Source: Thermoanaerobaculia bacterium
GTDB lineage: Bacteria; Acidobacteriota; Thermoanaerobaculia; Multivoradales; Multivoraceae
DNA: 64,000 nt
Direction of reading: 5' to 3'
Assembly: GCA_963664405.1 (NCBI GenBank)
Contig: OY761158.1
Coordinates: forward strand, 4,480,001 to 4,544,000
The first letter of the stretch is position 1; every line of letters starts with the position of its first letter. The position numbers and the translations under genes are program-made. The notes beneath the pieces are model-generated. The model had not been told where the DNA came from. It saw only the letters and a list, made by a program, of their open reading frames with translations, and made no database searches. Shown here one piece after another: positions 42,475-59,297 of the stretch.

Positions 42475-44124
42475 ATGATCGACACCCGCACTGACCCCGA
42501 CTCGTATCGCCATTGGCGGCTTCGTTTCGAGCCCCCGATCGCCTACCTGATCCTGGACGTACAAGAAGAAGGCGGGCTCTTCCCGGGTTACAAGCTCAAA
42601 CAGAACTCCTACGACCTTGGCGTAGACATCGAGCTCTACGATGCCGTCCAGCGGCTGCGCTTCGAGCACCCGGAGATCCGGTCGGTGGTGATCGAGTCAG
42701 GCCGCGACCGGGTTTTCTGTGCCGGTGCCAACATCGGCATGCTGGGCACCGCCACCCACCAGCACAAGGTGAACTTCTGCAAGTTCACAAATGAGACCAG
42801 GCTGGGTATCGAAGACGCTTCCGAGGGCTCCGGTCAGCGCTATCTGACCGCGATCTCTGGGACCGCGGCAGGCGGTGGCTACGAAGTCGCTCTTGCCTCC
42901 GACCTCATTCTTCTCGCCGACGACGGCAGCTCCGCAGTATCTCTACCTGAAGTTCCCCTCCTCGGTGTACTTCCGGGAACCGGCGGCCTCACCAGGCTCG
43001 TCGACAAGAGAAAAGTGCGGCGCGACCGCGCCGATATCTTCTGCACGCTCGAGGAAGGGATGAAGGGGCGTAGAGCCCTCGAGTGGGGCCTGGTCGACGA
43101 GTTGATTCCGAAATCCCGTTTCGCAGAAGTGGTGAAGGAGCGTGCTCTGGCCCTCGCGGAGACGAGCGATAGGCCCGAGGGAGCCAAGGGAGTCGAGCTG
43201 GTCAACGTCGATCGCCAGGTTGGTGCGGATCAAATCACCTACTCCCGCTTACGGGTGGAGCTGGACCGAGAGCTCGGGGTGGCTCGTTTCGTCCTGCTCG
43301 GTCCCGACGTCGGCGCCCCCGAGAGCCTGGAGGAGGTCGAGAACCTCGGCGTCTCTTTTTGGCCTTTGGAGCTGGTGCGACAGCTCGACGACGCGATTCT
43401 CCACCTTCGTCTCAACGAGAGCCGCCTCGGGCTCTGGCTCTTCGCCAGCGAGGGCGACGCCGAACGGGTCATGGAGCACGATCGCTTTCTCGAGAGATTT
43501 CGGGATCATTGGCTGGTCCGCGAGATCCTGTTGTTCTGGAAGCGAACCTTCAAACGCGTCGATGTGAGCGCACGCACTTTGTTCACATTGCTCGAGCCTG
43601 GGAGCTGCTTCGCCGGCTTTCTCGCAGAACTGGTTTTTGCGGCCGATCGCTCCTATATGTTCGAAGGCGATCGAGAGGGCCTGGAGGCCGAGCCGGCGGC
43701 GCTGCGTCTGAGCGAGCTCAATTTCGGACCGTTTCCAACGCCCAACGGACTGACCCGGCTCGAGACCCGGTTTCTCGGCGACCCCGAACGACTCAAGGAG
43801 TCCCTGGGGTTGATCGGAGAGCCGCTAGAAGCCGGGAGGGCGGAGGAAGTCGGGTTGGTGACGATGGCGTTTGACGATATCGATTGGGATGATGAGCTGC
43901 GCATCGCCATAGAAGAGAGGGTCAGTTTCTCCTCCGACTCGCTGACCGGATTGGAGGCAAACCTGCGCTTTCCCGGGCCCGAGACCTTCGAATCGAAGAT
44001 ATTCGGACGCCTCAGCGCCTGGCAGAACTGGATCTTTCAGCGCCCCAACGCCGTCGGAGAAGAGGGTGCGCTCCGTCGTTACGGTAGCGGCCTGCGCCCG
44101 AACTTCGACTCCGAGCGAACCTAG
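42475..44124 (+). CDS. boxC: 2,3-epoxybenzoyl-CoA dihydrolase
   Basis: SYDLGVDIELYDAVQRLRFEHP, KVNFCKFTNETR, IFGRLSAWQNWIFQRPNAVG. Confidence 0.95.
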   Translation: MIDTRTDPDSYRHWRLRFEPPIAYLILDVQEEGGLFPGYKLKQNSYDLGVDIELYDAVQRLRFEHPEIRSVVIESGRDRVFCAGANIGMLGTATHQHKVNFCKFTNETRLGIEDASEGSGQRYLTAISGTAAGGGYEVALASDLILLADDGSSAVSLPEVPLLGVLPGTGGLTRLVDKRKVRRDRADIFCTLEEGMKGRRALEWGLVDELIPKSRFAEVVKERALALAETSDRPEGAKGVELVNVDRQVGADQITYSRLRVELDRELGVARFVLLGPDVGAPESLEEVENLGVSFWPLELVRQLDDAILHLRLNESRLGLWLFASEGDAERVMEHDRFLERFRDHWLVREILLFWKRTFKRVDVSARTLFTLLEPGSCFAGFLAELVFAADRSYMFEGDREGLEAEPAALRLSELNFGPFPTPNGLTRLETRFLGDPERLKESLGLIGEPLEAGRAEEVGLVTMAFDDIDWDDELRIAIEERVSFSSDSLTGLEANLRFPGPETFESKIFGRLSAWQNWIFQRPNAVGEEGALRRYGSGLRPNFDSERT

Positions 44125-44136
44125 AAAGGACGAGTC

Positions 44137-45588
44137 ATGTCCGACGCGGTCGACTACAGCACGCGGATCCCGAACAACGTTGATCTCACCCATGATGCGC
44201 GAGTGAGGCGAGGACTCGAAAAGTGGCATCCCGGCTACCTGGATTGGTGGGGAGACATGGGGCCGCTCGGCTTTCAGACTTCGGAGGTCTATCTCCGTAC
44301 GGCTGTAGGCGTCGAGTCGAAGGGCGACGATAAATGGGCCGTATTCGACTACGTGAAGATGCCCGAGTACCGCTGGGGCGTTCTACTCGCGCCGAAGGTG
44401 GAGGGCCGCACGATCCCCTTCGGTGCCCATTACGGCGAGCCGGCTTGGCAGGAGGTGCCAGGGGAGTACCGCGCCATGTTGCGCCGGCTGATCGTTGTGC
44501 AGGGCGATACCGAGCCCGCGTCGGTGGAGCAGCAGCGTTACCTCGGAGAGACGGCTCCTTCGCTCTACGACATGCGCAATCTGTTCCAGGTCAATGTCGA
44601 GGAGGGCAGGCATCTATGGGCGATGGTCTACCTGCTGCACAAGTACTTTGGTCGCGACGGCCGTGAGGAGGCCGAGGATCTGTTGCGGCGGCGCTCCGGC
44701 AGCGAGGAGGCTCCGCGCATGCTCGGAGCATTCAACGAACAGACGCCGGATTGGTTGTCGTTCTTCATGTTCACCTATTTCACCGATCGCGACGGCAAGA
44801 TGCAGCTCGAAGCACTTGCCCAGTCTGCCTTCGATCCCCTTTCGCGTACCTGCCGGTTCATGCTCACGGAAGAGGCCTTTCACATGTTCGTCGGAGAGTC
44901 CGGCGTTGCGCGGGTTCTCGGGCGCACTTGCGCTGCGATGAAGGAGGCCGGGATCGAGGATCCTCAGGATATCGAGGCAGTGCGCGCGCTCGGCGTGATC
45001 GACCTGCCGACGATCCAGAAAAAGGCCAATCTTCACTATTCGCTGACGATCGACCTCTTTGGCTCCGAGCTTTCCACCAATGGCGCGAACTTCTTCAATG
45101 CCGGTATCAAGGGACGTTTCAGGGAAGATCGGCTCGACGACGACCACCGGTTGGCGGGAGCGACCTATCCTCTGGTCGAACGTTCCAACGGCTCTTTCGC
45201 CGTCGTTCACGAGCCTGCCCTATCCGCCCTCAACGCCCGTTTACGCGATGACTTCACGGTCGATTGCGATCACGGGGTCAAGCGCTGGAACAAGGTGATC
45301 GCCTCGTCGGGGATCGACTTCAGGCTTCGACTGCCTCACGTCGCTTTCAACCGCCAGATCGGCGAGTACAAGGACCTCGATGTGTCGCCGGACGGCGAGA
45401 TCTTGAGCCGCGAAGATTGGGAACAACGAAAAGGCGAGTGGCTACCCAGTGACGACGATCGCGCATATATCGAGTCGCTCATGGCTCCGCAGTGGACGCC
45501 CGGCGAATACGCCGGTTGGATCGCTCCGCCGATGACCCGGATCAACCACCAGCCGGGTGACTTCGAGTGGGTCCGGCTCGTTCCCTAG
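44137..45588 (+). CDS. boxB: Benzoyl-CoA 2,3-epoxidase di-iron subunit
   Basis: IPNNVDL, QGDTEPASVEQQ, NVEEGRHLWAM, FMLTEEAFHM. Confidence 0.95.
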   Translation: MSDAVDYSTRIPNNVDLTHDARVRRGLEKWHPGYLDWWGDMGPLGFQTSEVYLRTAVGVESKGDDKWAVFDYVKMPEYRWGVLLAPKVEGRTIPFGAHYGEPAWQEVPGEYRAMLRRLIVVQGDTEPASVEQQRYLGETAPSLYDMRNLFQVNVEEGRHLWAMVYLLHKYFGRDGREEAEDLLRRRSGSEEAPRMLGAFNEQTPDWLSFFMFTYFTDRDGKMQLEALAQSAFDPLSRTCRFMLTEEAFHMFVGESGVARVLGRTCAAMKEAGIEDPQDIEAVRALGVIDLPTIQKKANLHYSLTIDLFGSELSTNGANFFNAGIKGRFREDRLDDDHRLAGATYPLVERSNGSFAVVHEPALSALNARLRDDFTVDCDHGVKRWNKVIASSGIDFRLRLPHVAFNRQIGEYKDLDVSPDGEILSREDWEQRKGEWLPSDDDRAYIESLMAPQWTPGEYAGWIAPPMTRINHQPGDFEWVRLVP

Positions 45589-45781
45589 GCTCGCAATCCT
45601 CTTCGACCTCTCTACGCTACTCCGCTCATGGTCGATCGGTGTCTTCCGCCGTCGACGATTTGCATGTATACTTATCGAAATAACGCTAAGATGACAGGTC
45701 CGACGGATCTGTCGTCTCCGCGCGTTTTTTCTGCCTGGCGCGATGCCGGCCGATCTCTCTTCTTGGGGCAGGGTGAAAATT

Positions 45782-46003
45782 ATGGCGGAACCAGAACTGA
45801 TGGAAGGAGCCGACTCCGAAGCCGCGTACGCTCTCGAGAGGGATGTACGCTGCCCAGCTTGCCGTGAGGAGATCTCGGAGCTTCGGGTCGTTCGCTTGCT
45901 TCGGACTCGAGTGAACTTCACTTCGACCTTGCCGCGAAGAGGGCGTGTGATGGCGTGCCCGCGCTGCGCGACCGTGCTTTCGGGCGAGTTGGGAAAGCTG
46001 TAG
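45782..46003 (+). CDS. Small zinc-ribbon protein
   Basis: CPAC...CPRC, 73 aa. Confidence 0.6.
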   Translation: MAEPELMEGADSEAAYALERDVRCPACREEISELRVVRLLRTRVNFTSTLPRRGRVMACPRCATVLSGELGKL

Positions 46004-46272
46004 GACGAGGCCAGGCCCTGTCCTTTTGCTCGTAGTCGCGTCCGCCGTCGGCTGCCCGATGGGCCACGGGGGGGCGACGTCGGCATTTGGGGGGTTGGCA
46101 TTCGCGCCCGTATCTGCGACAATACCCGTTCCAGGTCGTGGAGGCACCACCGCTTCCTCCTGGGATTCTCTGCCCAATTTTGAGCTTTACAGGAGTCCGA
46201 GAGAGCAGTAAGATTGCCCGCTCGTTGGTCAGCCCGTGGCGACTGGCGACTAGCGGGGAATGGCTTTCTTTG

Positions 46273-46347
46273 GCCCACGTGGCTCAGGGGTAGAGCACTT
46301 CCTTGGTAAGGAAGGGGTCACCGGTTCAAATCCGGTCGTGGGCTCCA
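46273..46347 (+). tRNA. tRNA-Thr(GGT)
   Basis: Cloverleaf, anticodon loop TTGGTAA, CCA end. Confidence 0.97.
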
Positions 46348-46425
46348 TCGGTTCCAAATAGCAGCGCAGCGTAGAAACTAACTCCTGGAAACAGGACTGA
46401 ATACTCGAGGAGGCTTGTCACCGCC

Positions 46426-47619
46426 ATGGCGAAGGAGAAGTTCGAACGTACAAAGCCGCACGTGAACGTCGGGACCATAGGTCACGTAGATCACGGCAAG
46501 ACCACGTTGACGGCGGCGATCACGAAGACGCTGTCTGCGAAGGGTCAGGCGGACTACGTGCCCTTCGACGAGATTGATAAGGCACCGGAGGAGCGTGAGC
46601 GGGGAATCACGATCGCGACGGCGCACGTGGAATACGAGACCGATGCTCGCCACTACGCTCATGTGGACTGTCCGGGTCACGCTGACTACGTGAAGAACAT
46701 GATCACGGGTGCGGCTCAGATGGACGGAGCGGTGTTGGTGGTATCCGCTGCCGACGGTCCGATGCCTCAGACTCGAGAGCACATCGTGCTGGCGCGTCAG
46801 GTTGGAGTTCCGTTCATGGTGGTGTACATGAACAAAGTGGACACGGTAGACGATGAGGAGCTTTTGGATCTGGTGGAGCTGGAGTTGCGCGAGCTGCTTT
46901 CTTCGTACGAGTTTCCCGGGGACGACATCCCGATAGTTCGAGGCTCGGCGTTGCAGGCATTGGAGTCGGATGATCCGGATTCGGCAGAGTGCGCTTCGAT
47001 CTTCGAGCTGATGGATGCCGTGGACAGCTACATTCCGACGCCAGAGCGTTTGGTGGACCAGGACTTCCTGATGCCGATCGAGGACATCTTCACGATTTCG
47101 GGTCGCGGCACGGTGGTGACGGGCCGTGTGGATCGCGGAGTGGTGACGGTGGGCGACGAGATCGAGATCATCGGGATCCGTGAGACCCAGAAGACGGTGG
47201 TCACGGGTGTAGAGATGTTCCGCAAGCTCTTGGACCGTGGTGAGGCTGGGGATAACATCGGCGTTCTTCTTCGGGGCACGAAGAAGGACGAAGTGGAGCG
47301 GGGTCAGGTGCTGGCGAAGCCGGGCTCGATCACGCCGCATACGAAGTTCAAGGGCGAGGTGTACGTGTTGTCACGGGAAGAGGGCGGTCGTCATACGCCG
47401 TTCTTCACCGGCTACCGTCCTCAGTTCTACTTTCGGACCACGGATGTGACCGGGATCGCGGAGCTGCCGGCGGGCACCGAGATGGTGATGCCTGGCGACA
47501 ATGTGAACTTGGAGGTTGACTTGATTGCGCCGATTGCGATGGAGAAGGGCGTTCGCTTCGCCATCCGAGAAGGCGGACGCACCGTCGGTGCTGGAACTGT
47601 TACGGAGATCGTCGAGTAA
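46426..47619 (+). CDS. tuf: Elongation factor Tu
   Basis: [23 protein letters not shown]. Confidence 0.99.
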   Translation: MAKEKFERTKPHVNVGTIGHVDHGKTTLTAAITKTLSAKGQADYVPFDEIDKAPEERERGITIATAHVEYETDARHYAHVDCPGHADYVKNMITGAAQMDGAVLVVSAADGPMPQTREHIVLARQVGVPFMVVYMNKVDTVDDEELLDLVELELRELLSSYEFPGDDIPIVRGSALQALESDDPDSAECASIFELMDAVDSYIPTPERLVDQDFLMPIEDIFTISGRGTVVTGRVDRGVVTVGDEIEIIGIRETQKTVVTGVEMFRKLLDRGEAGDNIGVLLRGTKKDEVERGQVLAKPGSITPHTKFKGEVYVLSREEGGRHTPFFTGYRPQFYFRTTDVTGIAELPAGTEMVMPGDNVNLEVDLIAPIAMEKGVRFAIREGGRTVGAGTVTEIVE

Positions 47620-47626
47620 GAGATAT

Positions 47627-47702
47627 AGGCCAGTAGCTCGAATGGTAGAGCGTCGGTCTCCAAAACCGAGGGTTGGGGGTTCGAATCCCTCCTGGCCTGC
47701 CA
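47627..47702 (+). tRNA. tRNA-Trp(CCA)
   Basis: Cloverleaf, loop CTCCAAA, CCA end, upstream of secE. Confidence 0.97.
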
Positions 47703-47729
47703 GACGCTTTGCCCGAGCCGGTGAACGGC

Positions 47730-47930
47730 ATGAAGTGGATAACCAAGACTCGGGAGTTCTTTAAGGAAGTCAAGGCGGAGTACAAGAAGGTCTCTTTCCC
47801 CTCCCGACAGGAGGTTATCGGCACGACCGTCGTAGTGCTTATCGCCTGTGCGATTTTCGCCGTTTATTTGTGGGTAGCGGACATCTTGATCCTTCGTATG
47901 TACCAATTCGTGATTGGAATTTTTAGCTAA
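47730..47930 (+). CDS. secE: Preprotein translocase subunit SecE
   Basis: [19 protein letters not shown] plus one TM helix; synteny. Confidence 0.95.
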   Translation: MKWITKTREFFKEVKAEYKKVSFPSRQEVIGTTVVVLIACAIFAVYLWVADILILRMYQFVIGIFS

Positions 47931-48505
47931 TGGTGGACACCGTTCCAGAGAGCTCGGCGACCGCTGCCGACGCGGCGAGTCGCAAGTGGTACATCGTTCA
48001 CACCTACTCCGGTTTCGAGGAGAGGGTGAAGGAAACCCTGTCTCAGCGCGCCGAGGCCTTGGGCATGGGCGAGAAGTTCGGGGAAGTGCGGATCCCGACC
48101 GAGACTATCGTCGAGCTCCGGGGAGGCAAGAAAAGGGAGACTCAGCGGAAGTTCTTTCCCGGTTACATTCTTGTCGAGATGGAGATGTCCGACGCCGCCT
48201 GGCACGTAGTCAAGAACACTCCCAAGGTGACCGGCTTCGTTGGTACGGGTCGTATTCCCACGCCGCTCACTCAGGAAGAGGTCGATCAGATCGTCGAGCA
48301 GGTAGTTACTGCGAAGGAAAAACCCAAGCCGAAGTACGTTTTCGAGAAGGGCGAGATGGTCAAGATCGTCGATGGTCCTTTCAACAATTTCACCGGTGTC
48401 GTCGACGAGATCAACCTGGATCGCAACACTCTCAAAGTGATGGTGACGATCTTCGGTCGTCAGACACCGGTCGAGCTGGATTTCCTGCAGGTGCAGAAAG
48501 CCTGA
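47930..48505 (+). CDS. nusG: Transcription factor NusG
   Basis: [37 protein letters not shown]. Confidence 0.98.
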   Translation: MVDTVPESSATAADAASRKWYIVHTYSGFEERVKETLSQRAEALGMGEKFGEVRIPTETIVELRGGKKRETQRKFFPGYILVEMEMSDAAWHVVKNTPKVTGFVGTGRIPTPLTQEEVDQIVEQVVTAKEKPKPKYVFEKGEMVKIVDGPFNNFTGVVDEINLDRNTLKVMVTIFGRQTPVELDFLQVQKA

Positions 48506-48533
48506 TCGCGCAGATCGGGCGGGAAGCAAATCC

Positions 48534-48959
48534 ATGGCGAAGAAAGTTGTCGGACAGATCAAGCTACAGATCCCGGCGGGGCAGGCCAGTCCGGCGCCTC
48601 CGGTGGGCCCTGCATTGGGGCAAGCGGGTCTCAACATCATGGACTTCTGCAAGGCTTTCAACGCCAGGACGCAGGGCGACCAGGGGCTGATCATCCCGGT
48701 CGTGATCACGGTCTATGCCGACCGCACCTACTCATTCATCACCAAGACACCGCCTGCGGCAGTGTTGCTGCTCAAGGCGGTGGGTATCGAAAAGGGGTCT
48801 GGTGAGCCCAATCGCACCAAGGTAGGCAGTGTGAACCGAGCCCAGCTCGAAGAGATCGCGAAGACGAAGGAGCCGGATCTGAACTCCGCCCATATGGATG
48901 CGGCGGTCGCGATTATCGCAGGAACCGCCCGTTCGATGGGCATCGATGTAGTCGACTGA
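48534..48959 (+). CDS. rplK: Ribosomal protein L11
   Basis: [25 protein letters not shown]. Confidence 0.99.
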   Translation: MAKKVVGQIKLQIPAGQASPAPPVGPALGQAGLNIMDFCKAFNARTQGDQGLIIPVVITVYADRTYSFITKTPPAAVLLLKAVGIEKGSGEPNRTKVGSVNRAQLEEIAKTKEPDLNSAHMDAAVAIIAGTARSMGIDVVD

Positions 48960-48976
48960 GAGCGAGGTTTTCGGGG

Positions 48977-49675
48977 ATGGCAAAGGGCAAGAACTACATC
49001 AAGGCGGCGGAGTTGGTTGACGACGAGCCGTTGGATCTCGCGGACGGCATCGAGCTTGCGAAGAAGTGCTCTTTCGCAAAGTTCGATGAGTCGCTGGAGC
49101 TCGCCTTTCGCCTCGGCGTGGACCCCAAGCATTCGGACCAGATGGTTCGCGGCACGGTAGTGCTGCCGCACGGTACCGGTAGGCAGGTGAGAGTTCTGGT
49201 CTTCGCCAGTGGCGAGAACGTCAAGGTCGCTGAGGACTCAGGGGCCGACTATGTGGGCGGCGAGGACCTGGCAAAGAAAATTCAAGAGGGCTGGGTCGAC
49301 TTCGACGCCGTGGTGGCGACCCCGGACATGATGAAAGTCGTGGGCCGCCTTGGTCGCGTACTCGGTCCTCGGGGCCTGATGCCCAATCCCAAGACTGGAA
49401 CAGTAACGGCGGACGTTGCCAAGGCGCTCGATGACATCAAGGCAGGCAAGGTGGAGTTTCGCGTCGACAAGGCGGGAAACCTGCAGGCGGCAGTCGGCAA
49501 ACTCTCTTTCGAGAGTGCCAGGCTCGAGGAGAACGCTCAGGCGTTGATCGATGCTGTCTTGCTGGCGAAGCCGGTGGCTGCCAAGGGGCGCTACGTTCGA
49601 TCGGTGCATCTCTCTTCCAGCATGGGCCCGGGCATCGAGCTCGACTCGGCGACGCTGTCCAAGTTGGAAGCGTAG
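48977..49675 (+). CDS. rplA: Ribosomal protein L1
   Basis: [27 protein letters not shown]. Confidence 0.99.
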   Translation: MAKGKNYIKAAELVDDEPLDLADGIELAKKCSFAKFDESLELAFRLGVDPKHSDQMVRGTVVLPHGTGRQVRVLVFASGENVKVAEDSGADYVGGEDLAKKIQEGWVDFDAVVATPDMMKVVGRLGRVLGPRGLMPNPKTGTVTADVAKALDDIKAGKVEFRVDKAGNLQAAVGKLSFESARLEENAQALIDAVLLAKPVAAKGRYVRSVHLSSSMGPGIELDSATLSKLEA

Positions 49676-49693
49676 GGAGGCTAAGAGAAGAAG

Positions 49694-50221
49694 ATGGCTT
49701 TGGATCGTGACACCAAAGAGCAGTTGATAGCCCGTTATAGCGAGGGCTTCGTGAACTCGGAGAACGCGTTCATTCTCGGTTTTCGGGGCATTTCGGTGCC
49801 GCAGGCCGATGAGCTGCGCTCGAAGATCCGCGAGTCGGGCGGTGGTTATCAGGTGGTGAAGAACCGGCTAGCCTTGATCGCTCTCAAGGACAGTCAGATG
49901 GAGTGTCTCGCAGATCACTTCCAGGGTCCTACGGCAGTTGCCTATAGCGCCGACGACGCTGTTGGTTTAGCCAAGGTCCTGACCGATTTCACCAAGGACA
50001 CGCCCGTCTTGGAGTTCCGTGCGGGCTTGGTGGATGGCGTGACGGTCGCCGCCTCGGACATCAAGGCCATTGCGGAGCTACCCAGTCGTGAAGAATTGAT
50101 AGCGAAGCTCCTGTTCTTGCTTCAGTCGCCTATTACTCGCACCGTGCGAGGTCTGGCGGCCATTACTCAGCAGTTTGTTTCAGTGCTTGAGCAGATCCGA
50201 TTAGCGAAGGAATCCCAGTAA
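49694..50221 (+). CDS. rplJ: Ribosomal protein L10
   Basis: [24 protein letters not shown]. Confidence 0.97.
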   Translation: MALDRDTKEQLIARYSEGFVNSENAFILGFRGISVPQADELRSKIRESGGGYQVVKNRLALIALKDSQMECLADHFQGPTAVAYSADDAVGLAKVLTDFTKDTPVLEFRAGLVDGVTVAASDIKAIAELPSREELIAKLLFLLQSPITRTVRGLAAITQQFVSVLEQIRLAKESQ

Positions 50222-50228
50222 GGAGAAG

Positions 50229-50609
50229 ATGATGGGCATTGCTGCAGAAGAACTCATTCAGCAGATCGACGAGATGACGGTGCTCGAGCTCAATACTCTG
50301 GTGAAGTCACTCGAAGAGCACTACGGTGTTTCGGCGGCCGCGGCGGCTGCCCCGGCGGCAGCGGCCGGCGACGGCGAAGTGGCGGCAGCCGAGGAGAAGA
50401 CCGAATTCGACGTTCACCTCACCTCGTTTGGCGACAAGAAGATCAACGTCATCAAGGTGGTTCGTGCGGTCACCAGTCTCGGTCTCAAAGAGGCCAAAGA
50501 TCTGGTCGAGTCGGCTCCCGCTCCGATCAAGGAGGGGGTTGCCAAGGACGAGGCCGAGGAGCTCAAAGCGAAGCTCGAGGAAGCCGGCGCACAGGCTGAG
50601 ATCAAGTAG
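50229..50609 (+). CDS. rplL: Ribosomal protein L7/L12
   Basis: [28 protein letters not shown]. Confidence 0.99.
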   Translation: MMGIAAEELIQQIDEMTVLELNTLVKSLEEHYGVSAAAAAAPAAAAGDGEVAAAEEKTEFDVHLTSFGDKKINVIKVVRAVTSLGLKEAKDLVESAPAPIKEGVAKDEAEELKAKLEEAGAQAEIK

Positions 50610-50788
50610 GCGCTGGTGGGGAGAACCATGGACCAGGCCGTGCGTGGAGTCCGGTTGGATTCCTGGGCGGCTCCTCGTCCTCTTTTGGTCGTACCGGGTG
50701 AAGGCCCGGCGCGACGGGTGTCGCTGCGGCGGCGCCTCGGATCAACCCATTCTCTTTTTCTCTTGTTCGGAAATGCCGAGGACCTCAT

Positions 50789-55054
<4,266 letters not shown>

Positions 55055-55106
55055 TGAACCACCTAATCGAGCAGGCCGACGAACGCTGGTCAAAGGAGGC
55101 GATTCT

Positions 55107-58100
55107 GTGCAACCGCTGACATACGAAAAGCCGCAGTCGATAATGGACTTCAACGCCATCAAGATCTCTCTGGCCTCGCCGGAGAAGATCGAGTCGTGGA
55201 GCCACGGTGAGGTCACCAAGGCGGAGACGATTAACTATCGCACCTTCAAGCCGGAGCGCGATGGTCTCTTCTGCGCCAAGATCTTCGGCCCCATTACCGA
55301 TTGGGAGTGCTTGTGCGGGAAGTACAAGCGTATGAAGCACCGCGGCGTCGTGTGCGACAAGTGTGGCGTCGAAGTGACGCGCGCTCGGGTACGCCGCGAG
55401 CGCATGGGGCATATCGATCTGGCTAGCCCGGTATCCCACGTCTGGTTCTTCAAGGGCCTGCCGAGCCGTATCGGTCATCTCCTCGATCTCTCGATGCGAG
55501 ATCTCGAGCGCATTCTCTATTTCGAGAGCTATGTGGTGATCGACCCCGGTGACACCGATCTGCAAGACAAAGAGCTGCTCTCCGAGGAGCGCTTCCGGGA
55601 GCTACGGGAGACCTACGATCCCGAGGCGTTCGAGGCTCGGATGGGCGCAGAGGCGATCAAAGAGCTTCTAACTCGCATCGATGTGGACGAGCTCAGTGAA
55701 GAGCTCCGCATCGTCATGCGTACCGACACCAGCCAGATCCGTCGCCTCAAAGCGGCGAAGCGGCTGAAGGTTGTCGACGCTTTTCGGCGCAGCGGACACC
55801 GTCCCGAGTGGATGATCCTCGACGTCATTCCGGTGCTTCCGCCGGAGCTACGTCCCTTGGTGCCCCTCGACGGCGGTCGTTTCGCGACCAGCGATCTGAA
55901 CGACCTCTACCGCAGAGTGATCAATCGCAACAATCGCCTGAAGAAGCTGCTTGAGCTGCGAGCCCCCGAGGTCATCGTGCGCAACGAGAAGCGGATGCTT
56001 CAGGAGGCGGTCGATGCCTTGTTCGACAACGGGCGGCGTGGGCGAGTGCTCAAAGGCTCGAATAATCGGCCCCTCAAATCTCTCTCAGATACTCTGAAGG
56101 GGAAACAGGGCCGATTTCGTCAGAACCTCCTCGGCAAGCGCGTCGACTACTCGGGCCGCTCGGTTATTGTTGTCGGTCCCGATCTCAAGCTTAATCAGTG
56201 CGGCCTGCCTACGAAGATGGCGCTCGAGCTGTTCAAGCCCTTCATCTACAGCTGGCTCGAGGCAAAGGAGCTGGTCGGCACCATCAAGGCGGCCAAAGAG
56301 ATGGTGGAGCGAGAAGACGACGTCGTCTGGGATGCCCTCGAAGAGGTGATCCAGGATCACCCTGTGCTCCTCAATCGCGCTCCGACCCTGCATCGTCTGG
56401 GTATCCAGGCCTTTCAGCCGGTACTGGTCGAGGGGAAGGCGATCAAGATTCACCCGCTGGTCTGTGCGGCTTTCAATGCCGACTTCGATGGCGATCAGAT
56501 GGCTGTTCATGTGCCGCTGTCACCGAAGGCTCAGATCGAGTGTCATGTGCTGATGCTGGCCTCGAACAACGTTCTGAGTCCGGCGCATGGCCGGCCGGTG
56601 GCCGTGCCGAGTCAGGATCTAGTGCTTGGCGGCTACTACCTGACCATGCCGCGCGTCGGAGCGCGCGGACAGGGCATGGTGTTTCCCGACTTCGACTCCG
56701 TGGAGCTAGCGCTGCATCAGGAGCTGGTGGAGACTCAAACTCCGATTCGGGTGCGATACACCGGCACCTATCTCGATCTGGGATCCCAATATGACGACCA
56801 GGACGTTCTGCATGCAGAGATCCAGGAGTCGGAGAACGGTCTCATCGACACGACTGTCGGGCGCGTCATCTTCAATCGCCATTTGCCTGAGCAGATCCCG
56901 TTCATCAACGGTCTGCTGAAGAAGAAGGGCCTGCAGGATCTAGTGGGTTTCTGCTACATCCATCACGGCAACGAGCTTACGGTCAAGATGCTCGATGACA
57001 TCAAGAACATCACTTTCGCGTACGCAACCCGCGCCGGTATTTCTTTCGGTGTCGACGATATGGTCATTCCCGGTACCAAGGACGCCATCATCGATCGCGC
57101 CCGCGAAGAAGTCGAAGAGATCGAGAAACAGCGCTCGAGCGGCGTGATCACGGCCGGTGAGCGGCACAACAAGATCATCGATATCTGGCATCGCGTTACC
57201 GAGAAGGTCTCCGAAGAGATGTTCCTGGAGATGCAAGAGGTCGAGCGTCAGCGCGGAGAGTTCAATCCCATCAACCTGATGGCCGACTCGGGTGCTCGAG
57301 GCTCGCGAGAGCAAGTGCGGCAGCTCGCCGGCATGAGAGGGTTGATGTCCAAGCCTTCGGGCGAGGTCATGGAAACGCCCATTACGGCGAACTTTCGCGA
57401 GGGCCTGTCGGTTCTCCAGTACTTCATTTCTACTCACGGTGCTCGCAAGGGATTAGCGGATACCGCGCTGAAGACGGCGGACTCCGGCTATCTCACGCGA
57501 CGCCTCGTCGACGTTGCGCAGGATGTGATCGTCACCGAGATCGGTTGTAGCACGATCGACGGCATCGACGTAACCGCGATCATGGAGGGTGGCGACATTT
57601 TGGAGCCGCTTCGAGATCGCATCGTCGGTCGCGTCAGCCAGGAAGAGATTCTCGACCCGATGACCGGCGAGGTTCTCCTCGAGGTCGGACAAGAGATCAC
57701 GGAGACGGTTGCGAATCGCATTCAGGGGGCTGGTATCGAGCGGGTGAAGATCCGCTCCGTCCTGACCTGTGAGACACGACGCGGTGTTTGTGCCAAGTGC
57801 TACGGCCGGAACCTGGCGACCGGAGATGCGGTCGAGATCGGCGAAGCGGTCGGTGTTATCGCTGCGCAGTCGATCGGCGAGCCGGGGACCCAGCTGACCA
57901 TGCGGACCTTCCACTACGGTGGCACCGCGAGTCGGGTATCGGAGCAGTCCAAGCACCTTGCTTCGAACCCAGGCACGGTGAAGTTCATCAACGTCTCCAC
58001 TATCGAGAGCCGCACTGGCGACCTGGTGGTCATCAACCGTAATGGCAAACTCGTCATCAGCGATGATGCCGGCAGGGAGCGCGAGCGTTACGCTCTCACC

Positions 58101-59297
58101 TATGGCTCCCATCTCCGTGTTCACGACGGCGAGCAGGTGGAGCCCGGCAAGGAGATCGTGCAGTGGGATCCGTTCACCTCGGTCATCCTCAGCGAGATCA
58201 AGGGCAAGGTCGTGTTTCACGACATCGTCGAGGGCGAGAACTTGCGCGAAGAGACGGACAAGGTTACCGGGCACGTGCAACGGATCGTGGTCGAGGCTGC
58301 GCAGAACGAGAAGCGCTCACCTGCCATCCTCGTTCAGGGGAAGAAGGGCGAGGAGCGACGTTACCTGCTGCCTTCCGGCTCCCACCTGATGGTCACGCAA
58401 GGCCAGGATGTTTATCCTGGAGAGACACTGGTGAAGATCCCGCGAGCGACGACCAAGACCAAGGACATAACCGGCGGTCTGCCTCGAGTGCAGGAGCTCT
58501 TCGAAGCGAGGACGCCGCGAGAGCCTGCGATCATCTCGGAGATCGACGGTACGGTTCGTCTCGGAGACATCGTCAAGGGAATGCGCAAGGTCGTGGTCGA
58601 GAGCGAGGCGGGGGAGCCGCGGGAGTATCTGATCCCTCGGTATATTCACGTCAACGTTCAAGAGGGCGAGAGAGTGCGGGCCGGGGACGCCTTGATCGAC
58701 GGTCCGATCAATCCCCATGACGTGCTGCAGGTTCTCGGCGAGAAGGAGCTGCAACGCTATCTCGTGGACAAGATCCAGGAGGTATACCGCTCCCAGAGCG
58801 TTGCCATCAACGACAAGCACATCGAGGTCATCGTCCGACAGATGATGCGTTCGGTGAAGATCGAGGAGGTCGGTGATACCGAGTTCCTCATCGATGAGCA
58901 GGTCGATCGCTGGCGCTTTCAGGCAGAGAACGAAAGGGTTATCGCGGCCAGTGGTCAGCCGGCCATCGGTAGGCCCATGCTGCTGGGAATCACCAAGGCC
59001 TCTCTCTCCACCGAGAGCTTCATTTCCGCCGCCAGCTTCCAGGAGACTACGCGTGTTCTCACCGAGGCAGCCATCAGTGGGCGTGTGGACTACCTGCGAG
59101 GCCTCAAGGAGAACGTGATCGTTGGCCGTCTGATCCCTGCTGGAACCGGCATGGATCGCTACCACGATCACCACATGGAGGAGGAGCCCATCTCCTTCGA
59201 CGAGGACGGCGACGGAGAGATGTTCTTCGAGTTTGGCGAAGAGGACATCCGCACCATGCCGCAGCCGGCCGTGAGCGCAGAGTCGGGAACCTCATAG
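55107..59297 (+). CDS. rpoC: RNA polymerase beta' subunit
   Basis: [31 protein letters not shown]. Confidence 0.99.
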   Translation: MQPLTYEKPQSIMDFNAIKISLASPEKIESWSHGEVTKAETINYRTFKPERDGLFCAKIFGPITDWECLCGKYKRMKHRGVVCDKCGVEVTRARVRRERMGHIDLASPVSHVWFFKGLPSRIGHLLDLSMRDLERILYFESYVVIDPGDTDLQDKELLSEERFRELRETYDPEAFEARMGAEAIKELLTRIDVDELSEELRIVMRTDTSQIRRLKAAKRLKVVDAFRRSGHRPEWMILDVIPVLPPELRPLVPLDGGRFATSDLNDLYRRVINRNNRLKKLLELRAPEVIVRNEKRMLQEAVDALFDNGRRGRVLKGSNNRPLKSLSDTLKGKQGRFRQNLLGKRVDYSGRSVIVVGPDLKLNQCGLPTKMALELFKPFIYSWLEAKELVGTIKAAKEMVEREDDVVWDALEEVIQDHPVLLNRAPTLHRLGIQAFQPVLVEGKAIKIHPLVCAAFNADFDGDQMAVHVPLSPKAQIECHVLMLASNNVLSPAHGRPVAVPSQDLVLGGYYLTMPRVGARGQGMVFPDFDSVELALHQELVETQTPIRVRYTGTYLDLGSQYDDQDVLHAEIQESENGLIDTTVGRVIFNRHLPEQIPFINGLLKKKGLQDLVGFCYIHHGNELTVKMLDDIKNITFAYATRAGISFGVDDMVIPGTKDAIIDRAREEVEEIEKQRSSGVITAGERHNKIIDIWHRVTEKVSEEMFLEMQEVERQRGEFNPINLMADSGARGSREQVRQLAGMRGLMSKPSGEVMETPITANFREGLSVLQYFISTHGARKGLADTALKTADSGYLTRRLVDVAQDVIVTEIGCSTIDGIDVTAIMEGGDILEPLRDRIVGRVSQEEILDPMTGEVLLEVGQEITETVANRIQGAGIERVKIRSVLTCETRRGVCAKCYGRNLATGDAVEIGEAVGVIAAQSIGEPGTQLTMRTFHYGGTASRVSEQSKHLASNPGTVKFINVSTIESRTGDLVVINRNGKLVISDDAGRERERYALTYGSHLRVHDGEQVEPGKEIVQWDPFTSVILSEIKGKVVFHDIVEGENLREETDKVTGHVQRIVVEAAQNEKRSPAILVQGKKGEERRYLLPSGSHLMVTQGQDVYPGETLVKIPRATTKTKDITGGLPRVQELFEARTPREPAIISEIDGTVRLGDIVKGMRKVVVESEAGEPREYLIPRYIHVNVQEGERVRAGDALIDGPINPHDVLQVLGEKELQRYLVDKIQEVYRSQSVAINDKHIEVIVRQMMRSVKIEEVGDTEFLIDEQVDRWRFQAENERVIAASGQPAIGRPMLLGITKASLSTESFISAASFQETTRVLTEAAISGRVDYLRGLKENVIVGRLIPAGTGMDRYHDHHMEEEPISFDEDGDGEMFFEFGEEDIRTMPQPAVSAESGTS

